NCBI GenBank assembly: GCA_964404765.1
Contig: CAYOLL010000011.1
Location: forward strand, 773-64,772
From: an uncultured Gemmatimonadota bacterium
GTDB taxonomy: Bacteria; 4572-55
Direction of reading: 5' to 3'
Length of the DNA: 64,000 nucleotides
Both the position numbers and the translations under genes were made by a program. The notes beneath the pieces are model-generated. The model ran no database searches. It was not told the origin of the DNA and was given only the letters and a program-made list of their open reading frames with translations. Of this stretch, positions 27,641-37,311 are shown in pieces (the first letter of the stretch is position 1; each line of letters opens with the position of its first letter).

Positions 27641-30283
27641 TCAAGCCTCATCCGCCCGCTTCTTCACTTCTTCCAGAATCAGCTTGATGCCGGGATTTTT
27701 GAGTGGATCGACGACCAATCTGGCCTTGGAGCCGTCGCGGCTGAGCTCGACCAATTGCAGCGGCAGGAGTACGCCTTCCAGCGCGCTTTTCAAGAAGGTG
27801 TGGTGCGGTGCGTCTAAGCCCTCAATCTTACCCGGCACAATGAATTTGGCGATGACTTCGTTGACTAAGGTGGCGGACTGTGCGGAGATGGCCGTTTCGA
27901 TGGTTTGATGTTTGGGGAACAGCTTTTTGAGTGGTTCGCGGATGATCAGGCCCAGCAAATCCTCAAAGTTTTTGTAAGCGGAGACGGCAAAATCAAACGG
28001 TGTACGGCCCTGTCCGGAGCCTGTCGCCGGGCCGGCGGCGGTCACAAACACGCCTTTTTGGTAGCAGGCTTTCAGCTCGTCCTGGGCCGGTTGTTTGAGG
28101 CGTTCCAGATTGTTTTCGGCCATACGGGCAATTTCGCGGCCTTCGTTGGTGGCGTCGTTGGCGTAGTCACGGGCCAGGCGGTGGGCGGCGTGCCATTCGC
28201 TCAACAACTCGGTTTGGGTAAAGGGCGCGGGCAGCCAGGCGATCACGCCGTGAATAAAGCGGTTTTCGAACTGCTGGAACAGTTCGGTCAAATGGGCTTG
28301 CTGTTCGTCCGTCTTCAGCGGCAGGCCGATCAACAGGAAAAAGTCATCTTCGGTGGCCCGCAGTTGCTGCAGGAAGTCGCGCACGGCTTTGTTGTCTACC
28401 TGCAGCAGGTCGGTCAGCCACACCTGGCCGCCGCGGGTGGTGTTCATCCAATGGGTGTGGTAGCGCACGGGTTTATCGACAAAGTTGGCCAGCGGCAATT
28501 GGCCGTAGTTGATGGTTTTGAGCAGAGCGGTCAGCATTTCCGGCGTTTTGGCCTGCTGACGGATGGCGCGGGCCTTGTCGGCATACAAATCGACGGCGGT
28601 GGCGGCCAGGTCGAACTCCAAAACAGCGTCCAACTCCGTCGCCCCGTGCCCTGAGCCTGTCGAAGAGCCGGGCGTCAGGCGCAAATAACTCAATTCGGTC
28701 GTCATTTTTTTGACCAGATGCTCGGCCAGATATTTATAATTGACGCCGCCGGCCAGATCGGTAAAGGCCTGATACAACAGCATGTTGGCCAATTGGCGAA
28801 TCGTCCGCTTGGACGGCAGGCTGGCCAGGCGCAGCAGCATCAAAATCTTGATCAGCCGCTGGGCGTAGACAACATCGCTGGGCTCGTCAGGAAACAGGCC
28901 GGAAATGCGCTTGGCAAAGTAATCGTGGTAATGATCGTAATATTTGCGCATGGCCGGTGATTCCTTGAGCCGCGTCTCAAAATGATCGAAGATACGGTCG
29001 GGCGTCAGCAGATGGGTGTAATCCTCGGCCAAAATGCCGGCGATGTTGCGGGTTGGATCGCCCTTGACCTGAAAATGGATGAAGTCCACTACGCCGCGTC
29101 GCTGGCTGAACAACTCGGCGCACACGTCCAGCAACTCGATGGTTTCGGGATGGACGGGGTAAATCTGGCGGAAGGCGTCCAGCGTCAGCGGAATGTCGTT
29201 GAAGCTGAATTTGAGCTGTTTGTAGGCTGCTTCGAGATGTGCCTGGCTACCCTCTTTTTTGAGAATCAGCCGGTAGTCGATTAGTTCTTTGATGTGGCGG
29301 GTGGACAGGCTCAGGCCGGAATGATAGCGATCCTTGATTTTGTCGATGACTTCTTTTTGGATGTCGCCGGTTTTTTCGATATGTTCCTGTAGGGCGGCCA
29401 CGACCCAGATGGGCCGGGTGGCGCTGCGTTCGCCCAAAAATTGCAGGAAGCGGGCGTCTTCGTTCAGGGCGGTTTTTTGACTTTTAGCCTTCAGAAACTC
29501 GGACAATTCGTCGATCAGCAGGACAAAGCCGTCGATTTTGTGCTGGGCCAGAATTTTCTCCAGCCGCTCAAAGCCTTCGCCGCGATCCAGCGCCAATTGG
29601 AACGGGACTTTTTGATCGAGGCCGGTCAAGTATTTTTTGGTCAGTTCGTAGGCGGCTTTTTGGTCTTTGTCCAGCAGGCGCTTCCAGGTGGTCAGGCCCG
29701 GATATTTGTCGCTGACGAGTTTGTCCAAATGGCGGGCGTGCAAGGGCAGGACGTGGACTTGAAATTGCTGCAGGAAGTAGGATTCCTCGGCTAAAGTGGC
29801 GTCGATTTTGTAGGGCGGTTTGGCCAGCCGGTTCTGGACGGCTTCGAAGACAATTTCCTCCAGCGGGCGGGCGGCTTTGTAGGCCAGCAGCGGAATTTCG
29901 ACAATCAGCAGTGTCTTTTTGCTGAGCGCAGTGAAGTGACTGCCCAGCTTGGGCTGCTGTTTAACCAGCGGTTCCCACATCTGCTTTTGGCGCTTGAGCG
30001 GCTGCAGCAACAGGCTGAGGATGCTGAGAAAGTGCGACTTGCCGGAGCCGAAGCTGCCTGATAAAAAAAAGCCTCGCCCTTGTGGACGGGCCAGGCTTTC
30101 CAGAATGATTTTCAGGTTGGTTTCAATATCTTCGGTCAGGACAAAAGAGGCGGTCAGGCCGTTGAGATATTGTTGTCCGGCCGGGTCGTCGGGCGCGGCG
30201 CTTTCGTTGACTTCGCGCAGTTTTTGCAGTTGAATGACCGTCTCCACCACGGGCAGACTGATCAGGTCTTGAATTTTTGGCAT
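27641..30283 (-). CDS. Large P-loop NTPase (880 aa), possibly defence-associated (BrxC/PglY-like is only a guess)
   Basis: Walker A FFLSGSFGSGKSHFLSIL; Walker B FVLLIDELSEFL; long helical C-terminal region. Contains two in-frame copies of Gly/Ser-rich inserts (STGSGHG, ATGSGQG) from the CCTGAGCCTGTCGAAG-type repeat. Family not recognisable from sequence alone. Confidence 0.6.
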   Translation of the reverse strand: MPKIQDLISLPVVETVIQLQKLREVNESAAPDDPAGQQYLNGLTASFVLTEDIETNLKIILESLARPQGRGFFLSGSFGSGKSHFLSILSLLLQPLKRQKQMWEPLVKQQPKLGSHFTALSKKTLLIVEIPLLAYKAARPLEEIVFEAVQNRLAKPPYKIDATLAEESYFLQQFQVHVLPLHARHLDKLVSDKYPGLTTWKRLLDKDQKAAYELTKKYLTGLDQKVPFQLALDRGEGFERLEKILAQHKIDGFVLLIDELSEFLKAKSQKTALNEDARFLQFLGERSATRPIWVVAALQEHIEKTGDIQKEVIDKIKDRYHSGLSLSTRHIKELIDYRLILKKEGSQAHLEAAYKQLKFSFNDIPLTLDAFRQIYPVHPETIELLDVCAELFSQRRGVVDFIHFQVKGDPTRNIAGILAEDYTHLLTPDRIFDHFETRLKESPAMRKYYDHYHDYFAKRISGLFPDEPSDVVYAQRLIKILMLLRLASLPSKRTIRQLANMLLYQAFTDLAGGVNYKYLAEHLVKKMTTELSYLRLTPGSSTGSGHGATELDAVLEFDLAATAVDLYADKARAIRQQAKTPEMLTALLKTINYGQLPLANFVDKPVRYHTHWMNTTRGGQVWLTDLLQVDNKAVRDFLQQLRATEDDFFLLIGLPLKTDEQQAHLTELFQQFENRFIHGVIAWLPAPFTQTELLSEWHAAHRLARDYANDATNEGREIARMAENNLERLKQPAQDELKACYQKGVFVTAAGPATGSGQGRTPFDFAVSAYKNFEDLLGLIIREPLKKLFPKHQTIETAISAQSATLVNEVIAKFIVPGKIEGLDAPHHTFLKSALEGVLLPLQLVELSRDGSKARLVVDPLKNPGIKLILEEVKKRADEA

Positions 30284-30343
30284 TGTTGTTTTCCTCTTGC
30301 TTGAATAATACTTTTTGTCTGAATGGCTTGCCCCCGCGTTCGA

Positions 30344-30946
30344 TCATGCCGCTTCCCTGCGATAAGCAGCTTTTGGCGACAGCAGCCCGACTTCTCTGGC
30401 AAAAACATCGAGACGGTTGGCGCTGCCCATGCCCAAAAAATGCCCTACCAGTTTTCGGAGTTTCGAGTATTGAACTCCCGCCACACGCAGCAAAGCTTTG
30501 GCGTCAAAATCATCTTTTGGCTCGCCGGAGACCATTTTCATGGTAATCAAATGATGCAGACCGACGACCGGAATCGCCTCATTAAAAAACACCACATCCT
30601 GCCGGGCTTCCTGAATGGCTTTGCTAAATAAACGATCCAGCCCGTCCACCCGTCGGTCAATAAAATCAACAAAAAAGTCCGGTTCACGAACCGCCACGCC
30701 GCCAATGGATAGCTGGTAAACTTGATAGCCTCTGGTTTTGAGCGCGGCTTCAATCGAAGCAATTTTTGTAGTCAAAATGGCGATGTCCACATCTTTGGTA
30801 AACTGGTGTGCGTCTTCGGGCAGATAAAGCCAGGTGGCAACCCGGCCGATCAGGGCAAATTCGGTTATGCCAAGATCGTTGAGCAGTTGGACGGCGGCCT
30901 TAAGCGAGGGATTTGGATCAAACGACGGGATTGCTTTGACAACCAT
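30344..30946 (-). CDS. Hypothetical protein, possible nucleotidyltransferase-fold (200 aa), first gene of a two-gene operon with the 880-aa P-loop protein
   Basis: IGRVATWLY...TKDVDIAIL is weakly reminiscent of the NTase GS/DxD motifs. 60-bp gap to the downstream gene on the same strand. Confidence 0.35.
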   Translation of the reverse strand: MVVKAIPSFDPNPSLKAAVQLLNDLGITEFALIGRVATWLYLPEDAHQFTKDVDIAILTTKIASIEAALKTRGYQVYQLSIGGVAVREPDFFVDFIDRRVDGLDRLFSKAIQEARQDVVFFNEAIPVVGLHHLITMKMVSGEPKDDFDAKALLRVAGVQYSKLRKLVGHFLGMGSANRLDVFAREVGLLSPKAAYRREAA

Positions 30947-30980
30947 TCTATTATATACCTCAATAGTTCTGATCTGCGTT

Positions 30981-31589
30981 CTATTTTTTTGAGTCGAATG
31001 GAGTATCGGGGTCAGAGGCGTTAGGCAGCGCTTTAGAACTTGCGGCTAACGGCGTTTCATGGTCGGATAGCGGCGCCGCCGGCTGTTCCTCAAACCAGAT
31101 CAGCACAAACAGAATCGCCACGCCGACCGAGATCGCAATATCCGCCACGTTGAAAATGGGCCAGCGGGTCATATAATAGCCGTCAAAAGCCAACGGGCCG
31201 ATCTGAAAAGGAGCAATGACAATATCGGGAAACTCAAAGTCGAAAAAATCGACTACTTTGGCCATGTAGATTCGGTCGGCCAAATTGCCCAACGCGCCGC
31301 CCAGAATCATACCCAGGCTAAGCGTGCTCCACAGATGCTGCTGGCCGTGCGTTACGTAAAGATACAGCAGCAGGCCGATCACAAAGATCGACACCAGCGG
31401 GTACGGAAATTGATGACCCAGCGAGATGCCAAAGGCGGCATTGGGATTGTAGATAAAGGTCAGCCGGAAAAAGTCGCCCCATACTTCAATCGACTCGCCG
31501 ATTTCGAAGCGGGCTTTGATGATGAATTTGGTAAGTTGATCGAGCGCCAGCACAAATACAGCCGTGCCGACAAAGAGCGAATGTCGCAT
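30981..31589 (-). CDS. lspA: Lipoprotein signal peptidase (signal peptidase II)
   Basis: MRHSLFVGTAVFVLALDQLTKFIIK...FNVADIAISVGVAILFV; four TM segments and the conserved NxGAAF/FNVAD motifs. Confidence 0.85.
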   Translation of the reverse strand: MRHSLFVGTAVFVLALDQLTKFIIKARFEIGESIEVWGDFFRLTFIYNPNAAFGISLGHQFPYPLVSIFVIGLLLYLYVTHGQQHLWSTLSLGMILGGALGNLADRIYMAKVVDFFDFEFPDIVIAPFQIGPLAFDGYYMTRWPIFNVADIAISVGVAILFVLIWFEEQPAAPLSDHETPLAASSKALPNASDPDTPFDSKK

Positions 31590-31721
31590 TCAGATATTCC
31601 ATTTCAGGCGTGAATTCAAGTTATGAGTGAAATATTACGTCCCAGTTTTTCAGCACATAAGCGAGGAACGAAAAACAAAATACGGCAATCTCAAACCCTG
31701 TCAAGCAAAATTCCAGATTGC

Positions 31722-31812
31722 ATCAAAACCCAACCGTCACGCTCCCATACCCATTCCGCCCGGCCGCCGGGTAGTAATAGTTGCCGCCCGCCCAATCGTC
31801 GTAATAGCCTGT
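31722..31812 (-). pseudogene. Duplicated 3'-end fragment of the TonB-dependent receptor gene (encodes YYDDWAGGNYYYPAAGRNGYGSVTVGF*)
   Basis: About 92 % identical over ~95 bp to 32360-32455, the true 3' end of the receptor gene. Lies immediately after the xisI stop. Confidence 0.8.
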
Positions 31813-31814
31813 TG

Positions 31815-32150
31815 TCAATTATCCCCATAACCCGTGTACTTGTGTTTATAAGGCGCCTGAAATCCCAGCACAATATCTTCCTTGGGGACGCCCATGCTCA
31901 CTAACTCGTCGGCTATGCCCAGTTCGGTGCCATTATGCTGAATCCAAATCTTCCCGTTTTTGATGTCTAAGTGAAGGATGCAGCCGTGTGTCCAGTCATA
32001 ATGATCCCACCCGACCAACATCATCTGATAGTGATCCCGCTGCGTATCAAAAATATACTGAGTTTCCACGCCTGCTGGCGGTGGAAGTTGTTGGCCCAGG
32101 TCTTGTATGAACCGGGTGATATGAGCGCGGTATTGGTCTAATTTTTCCAT
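31815..32150 (-). CDS. xisI: XisI family protein
   Basis: MEKLDQYRAHITRFIQ...IFDTQRDHYQMMLVGWDHYDWTHGCILHLDIKNGKIWIQHNGTELGIADELVSMGVPKEDIVLGFQAPYKHKYTGYGDN is a strong match to the XisI family. Confidence 0.85.
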   Translation of the reverse strand: MEKLDQYRAHITRFIQDLGQQLPPPAGVETQYIFDTQRDHYQMMLVGWDHYDWTHGCILHLDIKNGKIWIQHNGTELGIADELVSMGVPKEDIVLGFQAPYKHKYTGYGDN

Positions 32151-32362
32151 TTTAGAATCTCCTCTGTTCCGGGATCGAAAACAATCAACGTGATTTGCGT
32201 TTCTTCGCAGACCGTTTGCACAAACTGCTTCTGGAAAAAAGCTTTGTGCACATCAATCGGAATGGCCAGGTACAACCGTCTGTCCGGCTCTTTTTCACGC
32301 AGGGCAATGTTGCTTCCGCCGATATGATAGGCAAGATTTGCCTTGTCGTCAACAGAAAAGCA
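32138..32362 (-). pseudogene. xisH: XisH family protein, N-terminally truncated (C-terminal ~74 aa only); overlaps the xisI start
   Basis: Translation CFSVDDKANLAYHIGGSNIALREKEPDRRLYLAIPIDVHKAFFQKQFVQTVCEETQITLIVFDPGTEEILKWKN* matches the XisH C-terminus. It begins in frame immediately after the TGA stop of the TonB-receptor gene (32363-32365). The N-terminal half, with the PD-(D/E)XK catalytic residues, is absent. Confidence 0.7.
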
Positions 32363-34945
32363 TCAAAACCCCACCGTCACGCTGCCATACCCATTCCGCC
32401 CCGCCGCCGGGTAGTAATAGTTGCTGCCCGCCCAATCATCGTAATAGCCCGATGTTTCGTATTCCTTATCAAGCGCGTTATTCAGCCAGACCCTAAACGT
32501 CAGATCGCGCAGGCGGTTGACTTTGAGCGAAGCGTTCAGGTTGAGCACACCGTAGGGGTCAACTGTGCGCGTTTCGTCTTCCGTATTGTCCAAATACTGC
32601 TGGCCGGCATATTGATATTGGGCGGACAGGCTGACATTGCCCACAGCGGCCAATGTCCAATTCGCGGTAGCTCGCAGGTTGGCCAGTGCAGACGGAAATA
32701 AAGCAATGGTCTGGCCGTCCAACCGCTGCGGCTGCCCGTCCCACGAATAGGCGGTGAAATCCACAAACTCGTTCTGGCTGAAGGCGATGTTGCCGGATAA
32801 TTCCAACCCTAAGGGTCTCGCCTTTTGACCCTTAGGGTTTTTCCGTTGATCATCGTCAAACCCTAAGGGTTGAGAAACAAAACCCTTAGGGTTGATTTTG
32901 ATTGCCGTGCTCAATTCGAGGCCCTGGTGCAGCGTTTTGTCGGCGTTGCCGCGCACGGCCCGGCCTTCTTCCACTACCTGGCCGTAAGGTACCAGCTCGT
33001 TGCGGAAGTCCATGCGATACAGGTTTAGCTTGGCGTTCCAGCTCCACAGATTGCTAATCTGTGCTACACTAAGGCCGAGCTCGTAATCGTAAACTGTTTC
33101 GTGTTGGGTCAACGGGTCGCTCCATTCCACATAGCGAATCGAACCATCGGCCTTGTAGACGTTTTTGGATTTGGCAAAGAGCGGGTCCACGCCAAAATCG
33201 TCCGCGCCCTGCCATTGATCGAACATGTCGGCGTCGGTCGGCTCGCGCTGGCCGACGGAGAAATTGCCAAAGGCGCTGAGGCCGCTGGAAATTTCATAAT
33301 TCACGCCGAGCTTGGGATTGAAAAAAGTGTAGTCCACCACGTAATAATTGAGTTCTGCGCCGGAGAAATTACCGGCCGATTTTTGCTCCATCGTGCGCTT
33401 TTTGTATTGCAGTTGCAGCTCGGCCATTAGACGCACGGACGGGGTCAGGGCGTAGTTTTCGTGGGCGTAGACGGTGGCCCACCACTTTTTGCCGTCGTAG
33501 TCGTAATAGCGCAGATTCGGTTGCGCATCCGGCGGCAGATTGGACGCCCACTTGACCTCGCCCCAGTGCGACGACCAAAAATCGCTCAACTCGCCGCCGA
33601 TGGCCAATTGTCCGCGTCCGGCGCTGTGCCGCACATCTAAGCGCGGCAGCCAGCCGATTTGATCCTTGTCCACCCACTTTTGCCGCACAATGTCGAATTC
33701 GCTGATCGTTTGACCCGTGCCGCCCGGGTAATAATCGTAACCGTGTGCGACCAAATCCGCCCCGGTCTTGAACGTCTCGTAATAACCTTCGCCATGCACG
33801 TAAAACAAAGTGTTGCTCAAGGTCAGACCGTCGCGCAGCCGCCACTCGTGTTGCAACTGATATTGGGGCTGATTGAAATTGTCCGTGGTGGGCACATTGG
33901 CATGGTAATGCGTGGGATTGGCGCGATGATTCAGCTTCAAGTCGGCCTCGGCCACGGCGTCCCAGGCCGCGTCCAGATGAAACGGGCCGCTAAAGATGTT
34001 GACGCGCGTGGTCATGTTGGCGTCGAAGCGGGCCGCGCCGATAAAGTAAGCCCAGGCGTCCAGACCGGAACGCTCGCGATAGCCGTCAGTCAGCACTTTG
34101 GAATAGCGGCCATACACGGCGTAGGTGTTGTTGATCAGCCCGGAGCGGAACTGGGCCGTGTATTTGCGTGTGCCGTAACTGCCAAAACCGGTGGTCAGGC
34201 TCACGCCTTGCGCGCCGGTCAGATTGTCCGTGACAACGTTGACCGAGCCGCCAAAACCGCTCAGGCCGACCATGCCACCCACGCCACGCTGCACCTGAAT
34301 ATCCTGCACACTCTCGGCCACATCGGGCAAATCCACCCAATAGACTTGGTGATCTTCCGGGTCGTTGAGCGGCACGTTGTTGATCATGACATTGACGCGC
34401 TGCTGGCCAAAACCGCGAATCTTCAGATACGAATAGCCGATGCCGTTGCCCGATTCAGAATAGCTGAGCAGATTCGGCGTTTCCTGTAGCAGCATGGGGA
34501 TGTCCTGCCCCTGATTGGCCGCGGCAATACGCTCGTGATGCAGATTGGCAAAGGCCATAGGTGTGCGGCCGTCGGCCCGTGTGCCGGTGATGATCACTTC
34601 CTGGCCGGGCAGAATGGTCGGGGTTAATTGGAGCGTCAAAACGGCGCTTTGACTTACGGACACGCGCTGCTTGCCGACGCCGTAACCGAGATGACTGGCG
34701 CTGATCGTATATTGGCCGTCGAGGATATCAGCGATCTCGAATTGACCGGCGGCGTTGCTGACGGCTCCGCGGTTGAGCCCTTCCACCAGCACATTGACGC
34801 CGGGAATGATCGCACCGGAAACAGCGTCCGAAACCGTGCCGGAAACGGTAGCGCAATGGACAATGGACAATGGGCAATGGGCAATAAAAAGAAAAACGGC
34901 GAAAGTGCAGGTAAAAAATCGTAGATTAAAGATTGAAGATTGCAT
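32363..34945 (-). CDS. TonB-dependent receptor with N-terminal carboxypeptidase-regulatory-like domain
   Basis: CarboxypepD_reg-like TVSGTVSDAVSGAIIPGVNVLVEG...GQFEI; plug DIPMLLQETPNLLSYSESG...LKIRGF; barrel ending ...GSVTVGF. Start taken at the second Met (the ORF-track start is 34981). Confidence 0.85.
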   Translation of the reverse strand: MQSSIFNLRFFTCTFAVFLFIAHCPLSIVHCATVSGTVSDAVSGAIIPGVNVLVEGLNRGAVSNAAGQFEIADILDGQYTISASHLGYGVGKQRVSVSQSAVLTLQLTPTILPGQEVIITGTRADGRTPMAFANLHHERIAAANQGQDIPMLLQETPNLLSYSESGNGIGYSYLKIRGFGQQRVNVMINNVPLNDPEDHQVYWVDLPDVAESVQDIQVQRGVGGMVGLSGFGGSVNVVTDNLTGAQGVSLTTGFGSYGTRKYTAQFRSGLINNTYAVYGRYSKVLTDGYRERSGLDAWAYFIGAARFDANMTTRVNIFSGPFHLDAAWDAVAEADLKLNHRANPTHYHANVPTTDNFNQPQYQLQHEWRLRDGLTLSNTLFYVHGEGYYETFKTGADLVAHGYDYYPGGTGQTISEFDIVRQKWVDKDQIGWLPRLDVRHSAGRGQLAIGGELSDFWSSHWGEVKWASNLPPDAQPNLRYYDYDGKKWWATVYAHENYALTPSVRLMAELQLQYKKRTMEQKSAGNFSGAELNYYVVDYTFFNPKLGVNYEISSGLSAFGNFSVGQREPTDADMFDQWQGADDFGVDPLFAKSKNVYKADGSIRYVEWSDPLTQHETVYDYELGLSVAQISNLWSWNAKLNLYRMDFRNELVPYGQVVEEGRAVRGNADKTLHQGLELSTAIKINPKGFVSQPLGFDDDQRKNPKGQKARPLGLELSGNIAFSQNEFVDFTAYSWDGQPQRLDGQTIALFPSALANLRATANWTLAAVGNVSLSAQYQYAGQQYLDNTEDETRTVDPYGVLNLNASLKVNRLRDLTFRVWLNNALDKEYETSGYYDDWAGSNYYYPAAGRNGYGSVTVGF
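32800..32905. repeat. Four copies of palindrome CCCT(A/T)AGGGT(T) inserted in frame inside the TonB-receptor gene (encode ...NPKGFVSQPLGFDDDQRKNPKGQKARPLGLE...)
   Basis: The same palindrome family forms the MITE-like elements at 23085-24250 and 40185-40275. Confidence 0.75.
34854..34885. repeat. Heptamer tandem repeat (CAATGGA x2, CAATGGG x2) inside the 5' coding region (signal-peptide region) of the TonB receptor gene
   Basis: Read directly; on the coding strand it encodes IAHCPLSIVHC. Confidence 0.85.
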
Positions 34946-35250
34946 TGTTGCCTCCTTATAGAAATTGACGGAGGCAAACAAGCTGAAAGCGGATGGCTGG
35001 AAGCTGAGAGCTTGAATCCTGTTCCCTCCGCCGGTATGATCCGGATCAGGTTCGACGGGTGCGTTCTCAGCCCGCTTATGGCGGGCGCCCCGACAGGAAA
35101 TTTATGTGAATAACTGTTAGAATCAACCACACTTGCTAAGGTTAAAGTCGGTAAGAAATCAACAGTTTCAAGATCTTTGCAATCCTGAAGTGTAACCTTC
35201 GCAAGGGTACGCAACCTTTGGTCTATCCTTCATGTCGTCATATTTTCAAA

Positions 35251-36813
35251 TCAGATGAGCAATCCGGCGATAGCCGCGCACATAAAGGTAGCGAGACTGC
35301 CACCAATCATGGCGCGTAATCCCAGGCGGGCTAAATCGCTGCGACGCGTCGGCGCAATGCCGGCGATGCCTCCGATTTGGATGGCAATCGAAGCAAAATT
35401 GGCAAAACCACACAGGGCGTACGTCACAATAATTTTTGAGCGGTCGCTAATGGCATCCGGCGTATTTTGCAACAGCTGGCTTAAATCCAGATAAGCTACA
35501 AATTCGTTAAGAACGGTTTTGGTGCCAAGCAACTGTCCGGTGATAGCGCAATCCGAAGGCGAAATACCCATCAACCAGGCCAGCGGCCAGAAAACATAGC
35601 CAAAAACGACTTGCAGATTAACCTCCGGATGGCCAAAAATTCCCGCGACAGAACTAATGCCGGCGTTTAGTACGGCCACCAGCGCGATAAAAGCAATAAG
35701 CATGGCGGCTACATTCAGTGACAAGGTTAGGCCTTCGCTGGCGCCGCGGGCTGCAGCATCAATAACATTGGCATCAATTTTTTCAACATTCATTTTTACA
35801 TCGCCGCGGGTCATGGAAGGCTCGGTTTCGGGATGCATGAGTTTAGCAATCACCAGCGATGCCGGCGCGCTCATCACACTGACAGAAATCAGGTGTCCGG
35901 CAATGTCCGGAAAGTAGCCTTTCAACATGCCGACATAGGCGGCCAAAACACCACCGGCAGTATTGGCAAATCCTCCAACCATAATGGCCATCAACTCGGA
36001 ATTTGTCATGGTATTCACGTAAGGCTTTACGCACAAAGGCGCTTCGGTCTGTCCTAAAAAGATATTGGCGGCGGCTGAAAGCGTTTCGGAGCCGGATGTT
36101 TTCATTGTCCGCTGCATAATGCGGGTAAAAAAATTCACCACATGCTGCATAACGCCCAAATGATAAAGAACGGTCATCAGGGAAGAAAAAAAGATGATGG
36201 TTGGCAGCACATTAAAGGCAAAGAAACTGCCCACATTGGCCCATCCGGTCTGCATGTGAGGCAGGACAGGACTCATCAGCGGGCTGTCGGGATCAATAGG
36301 TGTTCCGACAGGCACGTTGTTGTGAATCAGATTGCCGAAAACAAAGCTTGCGCCCTGCTCAGTAAAGCCAAGCAGAGTGACAACGACATCATTCATTTTG
36401 GAAAAGAACCACCGACCGGGCGGCGTCACCAGAACCAAAAATGCGAAAATCAATTGCAAAGCCGTGCCCCACATCACCATTCGCCAATCTACGGCTTTTC
36501 GGTTGGTAGAAAGCAGCCAGGCCAGACCTAACAAGCCCAGTATACCAATAATGGATTGAAGGCGGTTCGCCCAGGTCGAATTCGTACCCCTGCTTTTGAG
36601 ATCGGCCAGATTGGTTTTTTTGATCTCGGACGAAGGCGTGGCTGGGCTTTCCTCGGTCGACGCGGCGGCGGGCGGCGGCGTAGAAGTGACGGCCGACTCG
36701 GCCACGGCGGACGCCGGCGCAACATCCTGAGCCTGGCCAGACCCGCACCACAGCAAACAGCCGCTCCAAAAAAGCAGGCCGCATAAAAAGAACTGAAACC
36801 GATTCGATCGCAT
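35251..36813 (-). CDS. Concentrative nucleoside transporter (CNT/NupC family) with extended low-complexity N-terminus
   Basis: The C-terminal ALCGFANFASIAIQIGGIAGIAPTRRSDLARLGLRAMIGGSLATFM matches the NupC family. Confidence 0.85.
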   Translation of the reverse strand: MRSNRFQFFLCGLLFWSGCLLWCGSGQAQDVAPASAVAESAVTSTPPPAAASTEESPATPSSEIKKTNLADLKSRGTNSTWANRLQSIIGILGLLGLAWLLSTNRKAVDWRMVMWGTALQLIFAFLVLVTPPGRWFFSKMNDVVVTLLGFTEQGASFVFGNLIHNNVPVGTPIDPDSPLMSPVLPHMQTGWANVGSFFAFNVLPTIIFFSSLMTVLYHLGVMQHVVNFFTRIMQRTMKTSGSETLSAAANIFLGQTEAPLCVKPYVNTMTNSELMAIMVGGFANTAGGVLAAYVGMLKGYFPDIAGHLISVSVMSAPASLVIAKLMHPETEPSMTRGDVKMNVEKIDANVIDAAARGASEGLTLSLNVAAMLIAFIALVAVLNAGISSVAGIFGHPEVNLQVVFGYVFWPLAWLMGISPSDCAITGQLLGTKTVLNEFVAYLDLSQLLQNTPDAISDRSKIIVTYALCGFANFASIAIQIGGIAGIAPTRRSDLARLGLRAMIGGSLATFMCAAIAGLLI

Positions 36814-37311
36814 GAATGATCTCTCCTTTCGAGTTATTCACCAGGGAAGCACAAAGGATACGAAAATGTTAGAAATATAATGTCAGCATAATCCGGCAAA
36901 ATTTTCTAAGTCAGATTTAGTTTTAATTTTAATTTCGGATTTTATCAATTCTTTTATGATACTTGGGTGTTGGCAAATTCCCGTAATAAATTAATAAACA
37001 TTGACAATATTATCGGGAATCTGGATCAGCAGCAATGTCTCATAGAAGCCGTATAAATTTGTATTAAAAAATAGGGGTAACAAGGAAATATGTCAAGAAG
37101 AGATTTAAGTTTTAAGTTAGTGCGACCTCACCGGGCGATAACGGCTACCGGTTAGTACAAGGCTGAAAATCAAACCGGTATTCTGGATGATAAATAGCAA
37201 CACTTTTGGCTTGCTGCCGGAAAATGCTTGACACTTTTCTCAAAACCTTTATACTGTCTGCCGTTCATTAACTGATTCAATATTTACCAACTCATTAGGG
37301 AGGTCAAGCTT

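Noticed and set aside
31815-32362. Cyanobacterial origin suggested by xisH/xisI and heptamer STRR-like repeats
   Set aside because: The T9SS C-terminal sorting domains, LVIVD proteins and a CarboxypepD_reg-type TonB receptor point to an FCB-group bacterium. XisHI pairs occur widely outside cyanobacteria.
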